Part shown: positions 60,681 through 64,000 of the stretch, piece after piece
Numbering within the stretch: position 1 is the first letter of the stretch
How the letters are laid out: each line of letters opens with the position of its first letter
Origin: Fimbriosthenelais zetlandica
Lineage: Eukaryota
Assembly (NCBI GenBank): GCA_977030845.1
Contig: OZ365119.1
Location: forward strand, 7,874,001-7,938,000
Length of the DNA: 64,000 bases
Direction: 5' to 3'
Program-made: the position numbers and the translations under genes
Notes under the pieces: generated by a model
Seen by the model: the letters and a program-made list of their open reading frames with translations, nothing else
Database searches by the model: none
Told to the model about the DNA's origin: nothing

Positions 60681-63600
60681 AGGCATTTCCAATGCCTCCC
60701 TCCTCAGGGTGTTGGTGTGTTTTACATGTCCTAGTGCACATGTACCTAGATCATATATATCCATTCCGCAGAAGGCAATGTAGATGTGCACGTAGATAAA
60801 GAGCCCCCAGCTGAAAACCATACGTATAAACTTGAATCGTCAAGAGTGTGAGATGGCTTCACCAATAATATGGCTCTATAAAAATTCTAACTAAAATAAC
60901 TAAAGAAAAACAAAAAGAAAACGTCATTTTGTTGACGACTTTATGACGCCATCCAACTAGGAAATTGCTAGTGCCGCATTATCTGCATAATTTCATTTAA
61001 CAAATTTCCAGGGAAGGATATTTTAAGGGGAAATAGTAATCGCATACTTCTTCAGAGAATAATGACCAGATAAAATTTAAATGTGCCTCAAATACGACGA
61101 CTGTGTTTCAATTAGAAACCCTTGAAGATGAGATCTAAATTGATAATTATTCACAAACAGGATTCATCGGATGATGAGTGACTTTGTCATTGCTATTTTA
61201 TTTAAAGAAATCTGATAAATAGAATTGATTGATAGGTTGTTATTTCAAATGTGACACAAATACCAATAGAAATTTTGGAGCTGAATGAGTATGTTTTGAT
61301 ACCAATGCTGTAGAGGAACCCTGTAAATATTGTCACTGTGTAGTGCGCCATGAGTACTGTGTAGTGTGGTATTCCCATGGACTCCAGTCCTGTATGAAAG
61401 TGGTCTACAAAAGGTTGAATGAAAAGAGTCTCTGTCCAGCATGATGTAGATAATTCCCATGTGAGAAGTTGACTGAAATTGGATCCTTAATTGAACAAAT
61501 AGAACGTATATCTTTATAAGCACAAGTCAATCTTGATTTCTCTTATATAGCTGACAAGGGGATGAAGGGATGAGGGTGTCGGTACAGTGGGTCAAGATGG
61601 GTGTGGTGCTTTGGTATAGAGAAGACTGGGTGTTGGGGTGGCGGGGGTGGGACAGTTGAGAAATAAATTGAATACAGTTGACTTGTGAGAGATATGAAGC
61701 CCGAGCAGACTGGTAGGAGATTCAGTACTGCCAATCCTGCTTACCCCTAAAAATGCCCCGAAAATCCAGTTTATGGGAGGGTTTCACAATAACCTTCCTC
61801 AGACTGGGCCTGTCCGAGTACAATGGTGGGGTATTATAAGGACCCACCATGGCCAGGCAAGGGCACGGGAAGCAGAAGGGGAAGAAAAAGCCTAAAAATC
61901 CAGGTGTTGGTTTACTAATAACCTTCCTTATATAGACTGGTCCTGTCCGAGAACAATGAATGGGGTATAGAAGGACCCATCATGGCCAGGCGAGGCAAAA
62001 TCCCAAGACAATGGCTTCTGCCCTCTTATTTCAAGTGCCTAATATAATTATTCTTCATTTCTCTTCTGCCTTACTCCACGGCTTATCTCGACTTCCCTTT
62101 CTTTCATATTCCATTCTCCATTATCCATTTTCCCTACTTTACCAATTCTCTTTAAACCTGCATTCGCTTGTCAGCTTTAAGTTCATCTGTTCAATCAAGA
62201 TGAAAAGAATCTAGATGAACAGTTTGAAAATGTAAGATGCTTCTGGAGCTGCAATGCTTCCTCCCCCTGCAGGCGGAAATAGCTCGATGCTAGTACCTTT
62301 CCTTACTATTTAAATTTACAGCCTTCTCACATGAAATGCATTATCAAGAATACTGGTTGATAGTCCATACTATCAGGATATGAAAATATTAAAATAATTT
62401 TGATCCAGGCCAGTGGTTCTATTGTAGGGTTAAAATCTACATGCATGTCTGCACATGAGACCTTAATGAATGTCAAGCATGAGTGAGTCCTTGTATGAGT
62501 CTCGAGTCCATGGGATGACCACCTACTCAGTTATTTGGTCGATCCTTCGTCTATCTCCTACATGGTAGTCTGATGCCCCGCATCACATATTGACTACCAA
62601 TGTTGATATCTACCGGGCCCACAATTCCCCAGTAGGCTCTAGGCATTTGTACAATACCATTCTCCATTAAGATCCTTTTTTTCTTTTGTATTTGTGTCAC
62701 AAGAAGTATAGGCTAAGAACACATTTCTGGAAGCAATCATTAGTTGTAAAACTTGTGTTCAACAGCCAATATAGTGTATTCTTAAACAGATTGCTCTCTC
62801 AGTACCAATGACATGTATCTGCAACTTTGTGGTGTCACTCACTTCCAATGATTCTTTAGGGAAGAACAAAGAATTCCTCAGAATACCTTTCATGAATTGT
62901 CTCTAATATATCTCTGAAAAAGTGTGTTGTCCTCAGATTTCCGTGAAATAATTATTCAAAATTGAAATAGGTATAGACCTACATTAATGGGCTCAAAGAT
63001 AATGCATCGCTGGCACCTTCCTACTTATCATTATCGTATAGAATATTAGACTACCTATATAGGGCTGTTAGGGCTGTAATTGAGGGGGTGGGGTTAGGAG
63101 GGTTATTTTAGTTAAGGATGAACTTTTAGTTTAGAAAAGCAGAAGGGATTCTTACTCATTGGGACGGGGTTGGGATTATCTCTCAACAGTCATAAGCCAC
63201 AGTCAAATCACCAGAAGCAAAACTGCCGTCAACAGAACCAACTATAGCTGCTCATACAGTTCAATACAAGACTCTTACCATGGACAATGTGATACCTGAA
63301 CATGAGCAAAGTAACCCGCAGTGGATGTGATACTTTTTGGACATTGTGTGTGTATTTTCATTAACTTTGCTGGCTACTTTCTACTATCAAACAATACTTG
63401 GCACTGCGCCAATGAAGCAGACCATCGGACCGGAAGTGCTCGGTTCCATTTTCCTGAACTCCAGCCATTCACCTCCAGTCTCCGCAACCTCCAGAACAAG
63501 CAGTACAAGCTCAAACTGAAAATTATAGTTTAAAGACTATTATAAACTGTTAAAAACTCTTATACAAGACGATGTTGTATGATGATACCAATCATAAATC

Positions 63601-64000
63601 ATTTTCCTCCAAGAAGTCATTGTCAGTCGCTTATTCAGGTTGTCTGCTAATATTTTCTCAAATTCATTTGTCAAAAAAATCAAAATTTGTTAAGAAAATA
63701 AATTGGATCTTGAACAAAACCCATACTTTATTGCTTTACTCAAAACCAAGAAGATAATGTGAATATTGAATTGGAAGAACATAAAGAATGCCCTTATTGA
63801 AAATTGTTCTTTTTAGTCGGTACCGGTATATAAAAATATAACGGCCATGAATTGAAAAGTGCTATTTTAAAATAAATTTGATACTTAGGTATGCACGCAA
63901 GCTTTTATCCAAAATATTTCCATTTTGTTCATGAAGACCAGACATTAAAATATGTAACTGATTTCTGAAGTTTCAATACTTGGCTTTCTGGTCACATAAT

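Noticed and set aside
63203-63519. Selenoprotein or readthrough ORF (..NPQWM-TGA-YFLDIVCVF..)
   Set aside because: A single in-frame TGA joins two open segments, but I see no SECIS-like hairpin downstream, no start or homology, and it could be chance or antisense to another exon.

Overview
Eukaryotic (metazoan) genomic DNA with GT-AG spliceosomal introns and one 184-N assembly gap; a SINE-tail motif suggests a mollusc, probably a bivalve (inference). Four multi-exon genes were reconstructed by hand on the + strand with consistent exon phases: (1) a modular protein with 2 SUEL/Gal-lectin domains, 7 ShK-like domains and an unassigned C-terminal domain (1673-7466, 5' end uncertain); (2) AMP deaminase (8712-28903, about 777 aa); (3) a roughly 1940-aa multi-C2H2 zinc-finger protein with AT-hooks (34345-41467); (4) the HMG-box factor BBX (46697-about 51567). 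The last ~12 kb is mostly repeats with a few unresolved exon-like pieces. The most unusual material lies in the AMP deaminase locus: a pair of duplicated 63-nt exons that look mutually exclusive, two frame-preserving microexons (15 and 24 nt), a triplicated in-frame splice acceptor, a 3.83-kb Academ-like foldback element (TAG...CTA ends, TCC target duplication, ~1.1-kb arms), oppositely oriented 20-nt minisatellites bracketing the catalytic exon, and an intronic array of ~19 copies of the 5' half of a tRNA-Ile(AAT)-derived element whose fuller version is at 60589. No prokaryotic-type system (CRISPR, operon) is supported. All functional claims are inferences from sequence only.
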